From assembly GCA_976551045.1 (NCBI GenBank), contig CDPCPM010000213.1, forward strand, positions 558,001 through 622,000: 64,000 nucleotides of DNA, written 5' to 3'. A model generated the notes under the pieces. The model was not told where the DNA came from. It ran no database searches and saw only the letters and a program-made list of their open reading frames with translations. Position numbers and translations under genes: made by a program. The DNA is from Glaucostegus cemiculus. Taxonomy: Eukaryota. Shown here piece after piece: positions 25,756 to 38,567 of this stretch. Numbering within the stretch: position 1 is the first letter of the stretch; each line of letters starts with the position of its first letter.

Positions 25756-28369
25756 TTTCATCTCACATACACCAACAGTGGGCCAGTTATGGTCAGGTCC
25801 CCTTTAATAACATTGAAATGAGTCTCAACTCTCTGACTGTAAGAACTTCACTGGATTTGCCAGCTGCCTACCCATGGATGCATGTCATTGGCGATGAAAG
25901 ACATGAGGGCTTTTGGAGAAACTCTACCTTGTAGTGTGTAATGATGTTACAGTACATCAGAGAATACTACCTTGTAGTGCATTATATATAGTGAATGAGA
26001 GAACTTTTAGGTCACCTGTTTTGAAGCAGGGAAGTTTGATGGGATTGTTAATAATCAGAAGGGGTTTTGGTAAAAGGAGAGAAACTGTTTCTATCAGCAG
26101 GCGAGTTGGTGCACAATGGACATAATAGAAGTATCCACGGGGAGATGAGAACTTTTTCTTTGCACTCACTGTGATGTGGAATGTGATGTGTGAAAGGTTA
26201 AACATCAAGTTTCAAAAAGGGAATTGGATAAATACTTAAAAAGGAAAATAAAATGCACAACTTTCAGACGCTAATTGGATAGTTTGTTGAAGCCACTGCA
26301 GGGATGATGGGGAGAATAGCCACCCCCTGCTTTATGTGGTTCATCATGAATGAGATTATACTACAAAAATCACAATTTTGCTGTTGGTCTCAAATCCATT
26401 GTTGCACAAACCTTGTGGTCCTGTTGTGCTTGGTACTGATGTAACATTACTCACTGATTTGAACAACAATGCATGATTTCTGGACTCCAGATCAAACAGG
26501 GGCCCAACTGCATCTAGGCAAGGCATATTAAATAGGGGAACAAATAGAAGAGAAAAATTTCACAAATTGCAAATTTGAGAAGGCCAAATATTATTGCAGC
26601 CCCCCCCCCCCCCACCTCCTGGCCCCCTCTATTTCTCACAACCCCTCACCCCGGCAGAAGTCAGCTGCACTAAGGATAATTCCAGCACACAAGCATTGCA
26701 TCATTGATTTACATTATAGCTTGGATGGCCCTTGCCTGTTTACTGTTTAGTTGGAAAACTGAGAAGGCCCTGTTTCTAAGTAGTAATTCCAAAATTCAGC
26801 TTGTAAGCATATGCTTCAAAACCTTCCCCACCAACCCCTCAAAAACAAAAAACAGGGTTTGTCACCCTTCAAGCAAAACCTAAAGCAGTTCATCATTAGG
26901 AATAGCATCAAATCACCTGATACCAAAACTGTTCCTGTGTCCCCTATAGCTCTCTGCTGAGTGAGTGAAATAGGGTCTTTCCCTTTTCAGTCTGTCTAGG
27001 CCCCTCATAATGTAATGCACTTTGATTTAAGTCTGTCCTCAGCCTCCTTCTTTCCAATAACAACTCCAGCCTAGTCAGTCTCACCTCAGAACAACATCTG
27101 GCAGCATCTTTTTAAATCTCTGCTCCCCCACCCCCCCTCTCTTCTCCTATCACATCTTTTCTGTATTGTGTTGCCCAGAACTCTGCACAGTAACTCAGCA
27201 TGGCTTCCCTGCTCCTATTATCTAAGTGTCAACCAATTAAAGCACTTATCTTGTGTGCCTTTTTAATCACCTTTACGTGGACATGCACTCCAAAGTCTCT
27301 CTACACTGCTGTATCAAATCTCATCCCTTTCTTCACATTACTGATTTTGAAAGCTTGTTTCTGGGCACACACAGACTCATTCTTTTGTTCTTCCTGCTGT
27401 GCATAAACTTCAACTCTGTGTGTATTTCTAAAGAATTGTATGTTGGGCCAGAACATGTTTTTTTTCTCTCCCTCAGGAGCTAAGTGCTGCTTTCAGATGT
27501 CAGATCTAAACCTCCACATGCCGATCTAAAGTAATAAGATCTGTGTTGATGTTGGCAGCCGGAAAGATAGAGATGATTGTGAAAGAAATTCTGAGTGAAA
27601 CTCAACTTGGGACTCTGATTCAAATGGAGTATTTATATTGACATTGAAGAGGGACAACGATGGCTGTTATTGTTGGGGGATATTGGGATGATTGCCAGGT
27701 GCTTTAATCCATCTCTCTGTAATCCAAGACTGAACAGTGGCTTTCTTTTCTAACATTCAGACGATACAAACACATTAGGTGTTATTCATGTGCATATCAT
27801 TCTTTAAGGAAACAGCTTTTTTGGTACAAAGGCAGTGATAGGAATTGGGGAGGATGAAGAGGCTAGTTTCATTAATGGGTTCTCTGTAACGGGTTATGTA
27901 TGCTTTCTAGTTTTAGCATATCCCATTTTGTGATTTGGTTTGCTTGCACTGATATATATTTTAAGCTTGTTACATTTATGGGATTTTTACTGAGTTTGGG
28001 AAACAAACAGAAAGACTAAGAGAATTAAAAGAATGTGTAGATCAGTGCATGGCTGAGTAGAGTAAAATAGCAAGTTAAATTATTGGACCAGTAGGAAGGG
28101 CTTGGATCATTGATTCTGGAGATGAGCATGGGATTTTAAATTCAAGTAATTGATTAAAACTAGAATTAAAAGACTATCTATAATTGTAGCTATAAATCTA
28201 TTGGATTGTCATTGAAAACTTACCTGGTTTGCTAATCTCCTCCAGGGAAGGAAATCTACCATTCTTATCTGGTCTGGCCACATGTCACTCCCTATTCCCA
28301 TTTCTCTTGACAATTGGCAACGCTGGCCTTGTGAATCAGGTTCTCAAAGATTTGTCCAGTAATGGATTT

Positions 28370-29095
28370 GAAACACAAAGTAGCAACAACAAAATTCTAA
28401 AAAGACATACGGGTAGGTTAATTTGGGGCTTTAAAATGGGCGGCGCAGACTCGCTGGGCCGAAAGGGCCTGTTACCATGCTGTAAATAAAATTTTAAAAA
28501 AACAAGTAGTTAGGAAGGCAAATACAGTACATGTTGACTTTATTGCAAGGGATGGTGTCAAAAGTAGGGAAGTCTTGAATCAGTGGAATACTTTGTACTA
28601 TTTAGTGTTTTTTTTAAGAAAGGACATACTTGCCTTGGAGGCAGTGTGGAGAAGACTCACTAGGTTCATTCCTAGCATGAAGGAGTTGTCTAATGACGAA
28701 ACATATACCAGATTAAGCCTACATTCTCTGCAGTTTAGAAAGATGAGAGACAATCTGACTGAAATGTATAAGATTCTGAGGTGGTGAGTGAGCTAAACAG
28801 GATGGATGCTGAGGGAAGGTTTCCTTTGGTGGGTGATCTAGAAAGAGGTTTAATTTCAGAAAGAAGGATTGGCCATTAAACGGTGACGAAGAGGAATGGC
28901 TTCTCTGAGGGTTGGGAGTCTTTAGAATTCTCTATGCCGGAGAGCAGTGGAGTCCAAGTCATTGAATACATTCAAGACGGAGATAGATTTTCAGACATTA
29001 GGCAAATGGAGGTTATGGTCGCCAGGAAGGAAACTGAAGTTGGGGGCCAAGCCACTGTCAGTCATTTGGCCTATACTGCTCCTATTTTATTGTGT
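28370..29095 (+). mobile_element. CR1 LINE fragment with nested tail-type-B SINE 3' piece (about 28395-28500)
   Basis: ORF 28575-28787 contains RKDILALEAVWRRLTRFIPSMKELS...RLSLHSLQFRKMRDNL (CR1 ORF2). SINE piece: gggtaggttaatttgggg...gggccgaaagggcctgttacc. Confidence 0.85.
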
Positions 29096-29339
29096 TTGTA
29101 GCTTTGGACATTCTAAATCCTGTAAGTGAATAATAAATTTTAAAAACTGATTTGAAGAGATTATACAATGAATAGAAGAGGCAGTTATGAGGTGACTCCA
29201 ATGAGTTTATAGCAGAACATAAACTTTATGACCAGCAACCTCAGGAAAGAGGACAAGCCAGAAGACTGGTGTAGAGGCTTCTGTGCCTCACACATTTGGC
29301 AGAAAAGGCAATTGCATGACTTACACTAGATTGTAGAGG

Positions 29340-29590
29340 ACAGACCTCTCATATGGTAAAAGATGAACTCTTGATCTCCAATCTAGCTCATCACGGCCCT
29401 TGCAATTTATTTGTCTAACTGCACTGCACTTTCTCTGTAACTGTAATGCTTTATTCTGCATCGTGTTTTCCTTTTTACTACCTCAATGTAATTCTGTATG
29501 GTGTGATCTATGCGGATGCCACACAACAAAAGCTTTTCACTGTACCTTAGTACATGTGACAATAATAAACCGATTCCATTTCCAATTCCT
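29340..29590 (+). mobile_element. Rex1-type LINE 3' UTR
   Basis: ctgcactgcactttctctgtaactgtaa...aaaagcttttcactgtaccttagtacatgtgacaataataaacc followed by a ccaatt-like tail. Confidence 0.65.
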
Positions 29591-29844
29591 TGCATGACCC
29601 GATCTGTGCTCCCATGATGTGATGTTCAACTTGGACATCACCAAAGACTGAACATCTGTTCTCCTATGGTCAAAGTAATGATCATACTCATGCTTCATGG
29701 AAGCTTGAATGAAATCTTCTCAGCAACTTAAGTGAGGGTATAAATTGAATGTAGTATCACAGGGAAATTCCTGTTTTACCACATACACTTCTATTGAAGG
29801 TCAACAGAATTTACACATATCCATCAAAACAGAATGGTAAAATA

Positions 29845-30247
29845 ATGCACTTAATTGGAAGTTTCCACAACTTCAAACTATTCCAAAGGATCCCACCAGC
29901 AATGAAGTACTTTTTGAAGAGTAATCATTGTTGCAAAGCAAGATCTCACATTTGGCATCACGATTAAGATCAGATCATCTATTTCAGGCATTTGTTGAAG
30001 AAATAAATGTTGGCCAGGAAATCAGAGGAAACTCTCCTACAATCTTTGAATATATTTTTAGAGTATCTTATGTCTATGTGAGAAGACAGGCAAAGCTTCA
30101 GTTTGATGCTGCTTGCAAGACAATGGATCTGTGACAGTGTAGCATAGTTCCAGTATTGTACTGAAGTGTTCGTCCACATGAGAGGGAATTGAACCTATGA
30201 GCCTTCAGTGTGAGAGATAAGACTGCTACTATCATGTGACAGCTGCC
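29845..30247 (-). mobile_element. Deu-domain SINE (old)
   Basis: caatgaagtactttttgaag...aaataaatgttggccagga...actctcct...gggaattgaacc. Confidence 0.65.
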
Positions 30248-32841
30248 AAACTACAAAAGTTAATGCAGCCATTCAGGAAAGCCCGCAAGGAAATTTCTAG
30301 CTATGTTCCTGAGCAGCAAGAGAAGGTGGGAAAGAATATTTTGATATAATTTCTGCAGTGCCATCAAATGAATCAACTGTAAAGTAGTATAGGTCTGTCT
30401 TTTGATTTTTTTAAAAATCTAAATCAATCTGGATCAAGGAACAATAAAGAAATGGTAAAATATTTCCAAGTTAAGATGGTGATTGATTTGGAAGGGAATG
30501 TGTAGATGGTGACATTCCATGTGCTTTTGCCCATGAACTTTGAAGTGGTGGAGATGTGCAATTGAAGAAGACTTGGCAAGTGTAATTTGTAGATGGTACA
30601 CAGTGGAGAGAGTGATTGCTTAGGGGGAATTGGGTGCCAATCAAGTGAAAAAGCAGTTCCTAGGTAGTGTTGAGCTTTGGGAGCAGTAAAAATCCTTTCA
30701 CATTATATTTTGTTTTCACATTATGCACCATGCATTGTGATCAAATTTCTCTTTCTTGCAAATTGCTTCTCTCCAAAGGCAAATTTCCGGTTAAAGAAGA
30801 GAGATACAATTATGGTAATCACAACAATCTTAATAGGTTATCGAAAGGCAGATACTGGGAATTTCTATATTAAAACAGTCCAATGTGACAGATACTTTCC
30901 TGTGCTGTAGTCAAAGCCACTTGTAATTCTCATTATTGTGTTTCTGAGTACACCAACCATTTGTAAGACACTAGACATGACCAGCAGCGAAAGAGTTGAA
31001 CCATTTTGCCCAAAACTATAGCCCCTTGGTGTCAATAACATCGGCCTGACATCACAAAAAAAATCAACCCAACAAGAGAATGCTATTCAAAACACCACCT
31101 GCAATTACAGTGACTGAATACAACTGGATTCATGTTGAGATATATCCTTGGCATTTTGTCAGTTTTAATCTTTTAATAGCAGGATGTTGGTGGTAATCAT
31201 GTGAACTACCACGGAATTATAAATATCTGAGGGTAAAATCTCTTCACTCAGTTTCTCATGCGCATTGCTGAGCTTGGTCAACAGTTGGTTTGGGAGGACT
31301 TCTCTCAAGGCTGCTAAGGCCGACCCTCCCCAACATCATACTTTCTTCCCACCTACCCTGCCTATTTTCCCCAGCATCCCCCAAATGTAAGTTGTACATG
31401 TGTGGGAGTGTTTGGCCTGAGGGCTGTTTGGACAAGTTGCTGGAAGGTTGCCAGTGCTCTGGTAATGCACTACCAGAATGCAAAGCCTGAACAGCCAGTG
31501 CCTTCAGAAAAGGGCGACAAACAATGAGTGGATTGTCTTTTACTGACTCTTGAGGGGACAGTGGACAATGTTTTGCATTTTCAATGCGTGAATTCACTAT
31601 AAACCGAAGTCTGCTTAAAATCTCTGATGCATGGTGGGATCCTCGTCAAAAATATATTAATCATCTTCTGTTGTAAGCCAGATTTTTCAGACCTGCAGAG
31701 ACTGCCCTTGTTATGTGCACTGGTCAGAATATTTATAACTGTTCCAAGCTCCTTGAAACTCAAGACACCAATATACATACCACCTTCCTTTGACCTACCA
31801 TTGTCATTGAATGAGGACCAAAGTGGCTATTTGGCTCATCATGATTGTAATGGCTTTTGATTTTTTTGAAAAAGTAAAACAGCATGCATTTACAAAAGGC
31901 CCATTGTGCTGTATGTACTTACATAGATACAGTCATGTTCAAGGTTCCCCCACCCCCTGATCCATGGGGATCCTGCATCTGTAACAAGTTACATTGACAG
32001 AGCACCTTTAAGAAAAGGTCCTAAAACTCTTCATGGGGTTAGGAAAGAGAAATAGTAGGAAACCATGAAGAGAGAGATTAGAGGGAATGTAAATTTGGAT
32101 TCTGTAAGGTTAAAATGAGACCCATAGAATTGAACCAGTATGACTGAAGATCCTGCTACAAACCATGGAGTGGATAGCAGAGTAAACCTTCTGTTAAAAA
32201 TGGTGTAATGTTTGAGGTGGCAATTTTAGCCAACATGCACTCTTGTAATGAGGGTATCATCTGTAAGTTTGTCTCTTGATGACAGGATAGCATGAATGTT
32301 GGCAGTCGTTCATTAGAAGAACACTGAAAGGAAGAGAAAAGGAGACATATGTATTTGTATTATGAAAATTAGCTTTAATGGGATTTGATTGCCAACTGCT
32401 TTGACAGTCACATTCCACACATGAAAGGCTAAAACTTCTTAAAAGAACCATGATTAAACTGGCACCTGCCTTCTGTGGTAAACTTCAGTCAATCTATCAC
32501 TGAGAAGTCTGCGTTCAGTCACACGAGGTGATATCACATTACTGTGTACCACTGTATGAAGAAGCATGCACATCACTTCCTTCTCATGTGTATTTCATAA
32601 GAAAGATCATTGATATCTGTACATTGGTATCTGTACCTGATTTGGAGAGTGACCCAAGACTGGAGGCATAGAACTATATTTTTCAGCAAATTGAGCTATG
32701 TTTTATTTATTTTCAAATATACCTCCAATTCCCAACTGGTTGTTTGTTAACCTCTGGAAACCAATCAATAAATGCACGGTAGATTTACTGTGTGAATTCC
32801 TTAAAACATATCTACTGCTTTGTTAAACTTCCTAGATTTAC

Positions 32842-33172
32842 AACACAATCAAAGAACAGTACAACACAGAAATAGGCCCATCAGCCCACTATGTCTGTGC
32901 TGGCCATGATGCCAATTTAAACTGCATGTCTGCATATCCATGGTCTATGTCCCTCCATTCTTTGCTTGTTCATATGCTTGTCTAAATGCCTTTTAAATGT
33001 TGCTATCATATCTGCATCCATCACCTTCCCTGACCGTGCATTCCAGGCACCTACCACTGTCTGTGTCCTCCTCTCACCATAAAGCTATACCCTCTAGTAT
33101 TTGACATTTCCGCCCTGGGAAAAAGACTCTGACTATCTACCCTATCTATGCCTCTCATAATTTTATATACTT
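32842..33172 (-). mobile_element. CR1 LINE 3' end
   Basis: gaacagtacaacacagaaataggcccatcagcccac...gcattccaggcacctaccactgtctgtgt...ctatctatgcctctcataattttatatac. Confidence 0.85.
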
Positions 33173-35071
33173 ATTGAGTAAACTTATTGTTAATACACCC
33201 AGGAAATACTACAGTTTGCTTTTAATAAAATCCTCATCATAGTAATTGCTAAAAGGTATCTCATCGCTCATTTAAGATTTTCTTTTACCAGCTCAGCTGA
33301 TTTAGTATTAAAAGTGCATTCAAAGGTATTACCAGTCTTACTGTTTGGAATGGCTTTGTCTGTTATGGATCTTTCATCTCTACAGTCTGTCCATGGCTTT
33401 CTTCATTAAGACTGTGCTTTCTCATAATGTTCAGGTGCTAGATGTAACAGTCTCACACTCCCAACACACTCCAATCCCATTAGGCACTGATAATGAGAGC
33501 CAAATTAAATCATGTTTTTGGACAGTTGCCAAATTAAAAGATTATTTGGATGTATCTTGCACTTATTATATTTTTCTTGCCCACAAACACACATATGTCC
33601 ATGCACGTGCAGTCACACGTGCATACACCCACACATATGTAGTTCTAAGACTAGTTCTGGTTTGACTGTTCAATCATATTGTAACTAATCTCCGATTTCT
33701 ATTTGTCATCTATTTGTTTGCAAGCCAGTCAGACAGGCCTGTCAGTCAGTGCAATCAGTAACGTTGCCAAGTGACAGATATGACTCTGTCCTTTCTGCCA
33801 AGTCATGTAATTATCAGATTTGTTGGGAATAAGGTTTTTTCCTCGTCATTCACTGGGTTGTTGTGGGGGGTTGATTTTAGCAGTAATGACCCAGCAGGCT
33901 TTTATTTCAATCAGCTGTGAAATCATCAAAAACAGGAGGTAATTTCTATTGTTTGCACTTACTGTATTTCACAGCTCTGAAATCCTTTTTAATATTTATT
34001 TCTTTCAAGAAATGCCTTTGTTGATGGTGCATAAAATCATGTCTCTCAGCTGTGACTGCCTCATTTGAAGAAAACTGACACACTGAGACAAGCTTTTTAT
34101 TTTAATGAGTGATTTAAGGGAAATGTTTTAACATTAGCTGAATTTTGCAATGAATGTATCAGCATGAGTCATTTGGTTGGTGCTGAGTTGGTTGGTCTTA
34201 GCAAGTGGAGACCAAAAGAGACCCTGCAATTGTTGTTAAGTATATACAGCTTCCCTCTAGGATATGGTGGGAGTAACAGCATCTTTGATTCTTGCTGGAT
34301 AATGCCTGAAGCACTCATCATTCTTGGCTGTAACACCACATGGGATGAAATTGCCTTCCAAGACTCATTTTCAATCACTGTCTATGGTTACTGGTCCATA
34401 CATTTAGTGAAGATAGTGATGAGTGTCCAGAAGCCATGGAACTGCAGGGCAGAATTAATGTATTCAGGAAGGGAGAAATATTGTACTTTTGGTTTCAGTA
34501 CACTTACAGCAAAGGATAATCATTTGCCCCAGTTGATACACGTTTATGCCACATAAGCCTTCTCCCAATCTAACCTCATTCTAACCTGGCAGCTTGTCTT
34601 TCCATTCCTTTTTCCCTCACATACTTATCCAGCTTTCTCTGAAATGCAGGTATGTGCAGAGCAGTTTAAATTTGCTGGGGTTTATTTTAGGACCATTTTG
34701 TGTGTTCTATAATGTTAAAGTTTGTGCACTTCATGTATAGCTCATGTTATTTGGATGGTTTGGGATGGGGTGGATTTCCATGCCCTTGATAATCTCATCC
34801 TTGTACCTGAACTGGCATTGATGGCATTCACCTTGTTACAGTTTGCTGGGTAAAGAAAAAATGGATACACCTGGTAACGCAATGGTAAAATTGGCATTCA
34901 TAGTCTTTAGACACCACTGGTACCCCAGGCTTCTGAGATCTGTTCAATGGTTTAAATAATTTTAAATGATTGGTAACATGATAATGCCAATGTATGTATG
35001 TTGGATGCCACAGATACCAATGGTGCCAGTAACACTCCAGGTGCTCATTGCTGTCTGCCAGTTCAAGCCAA

Positions 35072-35222
35072 ATAACAAAGGAGACTGCAGATGCTGAAGT
35101 CTGGAGCAACCAACTGCTGGAGAAACTCAGAAGTTTGAGCAGGGTCTCGACTCAAAACGTCCACAATTCCTTCTCTCCCACAGATGCTGCTCGACCCTCC
35201 AGCAAATTGTTGCTTTATTGCA
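35072..35222. mobile_element. Penelope-derived fold-back (inverted dimer) element
   Basis: Left arm gagactgcagatgctgaagtctggagcaaccaactgctggagaaactcag. Centre cagggtctcgactcaaaacgtc. Right arm cccacagatgctgctcgaccctccagcaaattgttgct. Confidence 0.7.
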
Positions 35223-35699
35223 ACAACAGGATTAAACTTTTGTTTAAATTAAGTTTATTTTTTCTTGACCACGCTCTTTAACGGGCACAACATAAAAGAC
35301 TAATCCAGGGTTGATGGAAGTTCCCATTTCTGCAAGAAAAGGCGCCCTTTGCGGTGGTGTCCAAATCAATGACGAAACAAATGCAGAAATAAACACTACC
35401 TACAGGGGGCAGGTGGGGACTCAAAAGTCCATCTGCCATCACAGGGTTGGCCTGATCTTCAGGTGTATGTATGGCCTGGATGTGTTCCTCGTCTTACAAA
35501 GTGTCTCTGCAGTTGTGGCTGATAAAATTCCGCTGTGCTGCAGCTTTGCATCTGCAAAAGCTCTCTGGTGAAGGACCACAGTTTAGCGTCCGTCAGTTAC
35601 TGGACATCGAGGAGCTGAGTTCGGTCAGGAAGCCCCTCGAACAGTCGAGGGTGTATCACCCCAGGGAGCCACGTTAGTGGCAATGGTTCTATGTAAACG

Positions 35700-35912
35700 G
35701 GAGACACAGGAGAAACTGCAGACGCTGGAAATCTGGAGCAATGCACACAAATCGCTGGAGGAACTCAGCAGGTCGGGCAGAGACCTTTCGATTGATATTT
35801 CGGGCTGAAACCCTTTAACAGGACAGGAAACCGAAAGGTCTCGGCCCGAAACGTCAACCCTCCATCGATGCTGCCTGACCTGCTGAGTTTCCTCCAGTAC
35901 TTTGTGTGATGC
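35700..35912. mobile_element. Penelope-derived fold-back element with two opposed hammerhead remnants
   Basis: 35738-35780 is the inverted complement of 35871-35912. ttgatatttcgggctgaaacc pairs with ggtctcggcccgaaacgtcaa. Confidence 0.8.
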
Positions 35913-36207
35913 TGTGTAAAAATATAATTTACCTCTACTTGAATGCATTGACCAAACGACATGAAGAATGTGAAGAGTTTTGCATTGTTTATTCTTTTGT
36001 ATATTTTTTATTACGAATAAGATGTAATTTTGAAATAAAAAGCATGTACATCTGCCGCCCTATCTCGAGCAGTCACTGTGGAGGTTCTCTGAGTCAGCCG
36101 GAGATTGGGGGTTTGAGCAGAGGAAGAGGAGCCTGTTGCTGGCTGCCTGTCCCTCCGACCCTACAACCACCCTCTTCCAGCTGCAGGACCTCAGTGTGCC
36201 CAGCAGC

Positions 36208-36210
<3 letters not shown>

Positions 36211-36238
<28 letters not shown>
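36211..36238. repeat. (TG)n microsatellite, about 14 units
   Basis: tgtgtgtgtgtgtgtgtgtgtgtgtgtg. Confidence 0.95.
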
Positions 36239-38567
36239 GGGTGGGGTGGAATTGGCGACGCTTGGATTCGAGACCCTGATTTTTTTTTCTTTACTCCCAG
36301 ATTACAGCATCTGCAGTCTCTTGTGTCTCTGTGCCAGAGAGTCCCTGAGGGAGCAGCGGCAGTCGATCCAAGAGGCAGCAGAATTGGCCGAGTTTCCCAG
36401 GCCCCTGATCCCCTGGTGCTTTTAAAAGCAGCACAGGCGAGGGCAGCAGGTCAAACTTCCTGCCGGGGGTGGGAGAGGAAAATTCTCTGCCTGTTTGGTT
36501 GGGGGAGCAGGCGCTGCCTCCATATGCTATTTCCATATACCAGACTCCTAATTTTGGGTCGTACCACGAAGGAAAATCCAGCCCCAAGCAGTGACATTCC
36601 CATGGGATGCGCTACTGCTGTCTGCGTGTGGGAACGAGTCCGCCTTTGTTTCACCCCAGTCACTGGGACCACCGCAGCTGCAGCTCGCAGTTACAATGCG
36701 AGTTTGTAGTATCAAAGTCTCACGCCAGTCCCAAGACAAGCTTGAGCAAAACCTTAATATTAGGAAAGATCATCAAGAAAAATTGTTACAAGGGGTAGAT
36801 TTTAAGGCAATTGAACGTAGGAGGGAGAGGTTGTGAGTCTGTAGGTTGAGGTGAGGAAGTCCGGAGTTCAGCCACAGAATGATCCTCGGGAAAATCAGCT
36901 GAATGTAAAACTATTGTGAAGTTCTGTTCAAATCCGCAGTGTCTGCAGAGACTTCATGTAGGGATGGAGTACACCCGGCGGTAATGGGATCTAAACACAA
37001 CGGTGGAAGTTTTAAAACTAAACACCAGACTAGAAATGGGGAAACTAAAGTAACACTTCTTAATTGAAACGCCTTATGACATAATTTTCGTCAGTAATCC
37101 AAAGCGGTAATATTGACAGTGTCTGGTATTATTGCGCTTGTTTCGGTTCAGTGGTGGCCCAACACTGTGAGGTGCATTGAGCCATTGTTGCTCCTGGTCC
37201 CGGATACTCTGCGGAGATGCAGCCGGGGCAGCCAGTCTCACGGGAGTTCCAGGCTTCAGCAGAATGGTTTCACTGGTTGCGGGTTTATTTTCCATTCTGC
37301 CGGGCCTCCTCACGCTATTCACTCCCCCTTCCTACAAAGGAACAATTTTATACATTATTATCCGGTAGAAAGAGTGTTGCTATGGCACGCCGCGAAAGAA
37401 ATCCAGCAACTCAAAGCGCTCCAACTCTCTCTTTAACAATGATGACGGGTCACATGCGCTTAATTGAATTACAGGAAGAAGTTGGAAAACTAATGAATTT
37501 GCAGAGACGTTAAATAATCAGTTAATTGGGAAAAAATCCTTTCCCTCACCGTTGTTACTCTCCTCCCCTTATCCCTCTTTCACTCACGCTCTCTCTCTCT
37601 TTCTCCATTTCCAGTTGTCAGTTCTACTTTAACATTGGCAAGGAATTGCTGGGAAAATAAATGCATTGGTTTGTGTCCTTGGACCGCGACTGGGGTGCTG
37701 GCCTTTTGTTCAACGCTGGGGCGGCTGGAGCTGCTTCAGTTTCAACGCTCACTGAATAGTTTAGTTATAACTGGTGTGGCAGATTAAAATGATCCCACTC
37801 AATCACTGTTTTGTGAAGAACTACTTGGATCTGCAGTGCGTCACTGGCACGGCTCCACTCTCTTTACAAAGTGTTGCACGTTCCCAAATGACACTGTTAC
37901 TATACTTTCAGAAATCTCTCATGCGTAGCGGTGGAACAATTGCCATTCCTCTTACTCGGAGGGAAATGAAAACAGTTTCATTATTGTAAAGATAAATTTC
38001 AGTGAGATACAGCTCGGTAAATGGAATCGTTTAAAATCAAGTTTGGTTCCTCATGAGGGTCAAACGATTTTACAAGGGTCGACCTGCTTGGTGTAAGCCT
38101 GTTTCATTACTGAGGAAAATAGTTTTCCAAAAGTATGTTTTATGTAATAAAAGCAATTGGAAATACTTGTTCAGAGATTTTAAACACTTGAAGACTCAAC
38201 AGGACAAATCATTGTGTGCAGTTATAGGCAAGCCATCCAAACTGAAGTGTTGAAACTGTTTTCAGACAACTGAAACTGTTGTCTGAAATCTGTAGGCCAG
38301 GATTGGGAAATCCTGGTGCTGTTTGGACATCATATTTCTGAGTGGGAAGTGTGGGCTTGGCTCAGTAGTTGGGTCCACAGAATGTTGATTCTGTTACTCC
38401 TCTTTTTTCCTGTTTCCTTTGATGTTATGTGGTTTAAGACCACCAAGATACTTGTTGTAGCACTAGTCAATGAAAGGTGGACCTGGGCAATAGCTTCCCA
38501 GGAATTAGTGTTGAAGTTGCAAATCTTAATGTTTGGCTTAAGGACAACCTGAATGATGTGCTGATTC

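Larger units (their letters stand above)
35280..38090. promoter_or_regulatory. intronic CpG-rich island
   Basis: High CG density by eye at 35270-35900, 36050-36730, 36860-37510 and 37680-38080. Contains (GT)n and (CT)n tracts. Confidence 0.55.

Noticed and set aside
25925-25980. 13-bp direct repeat ctaccttgtagtg
   Set aside because: Only two copies next to a degraded CR1 piece; most likely a small local duplication.
26600-26612. Poly-C run, plus G-rich run near 46102-46124, as G-quadruplex elements
   Set aside because: Simple homopolymer tracts common in such genomes, with no supporting context.
35339-35360. CTCF-like motif (minus strand accgcaaagggcgc)
   Set aside because: Three mismatches to the core consensus; too weak to call.
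35906-36709. Longest ORF in the track (267 aa, +)
   Set aside because: Runs through a (TG)n microsatellite, a poly-T run and a Penelope terminal fragment. No domain is recognisable. Its length is explained by GC richness of the island.
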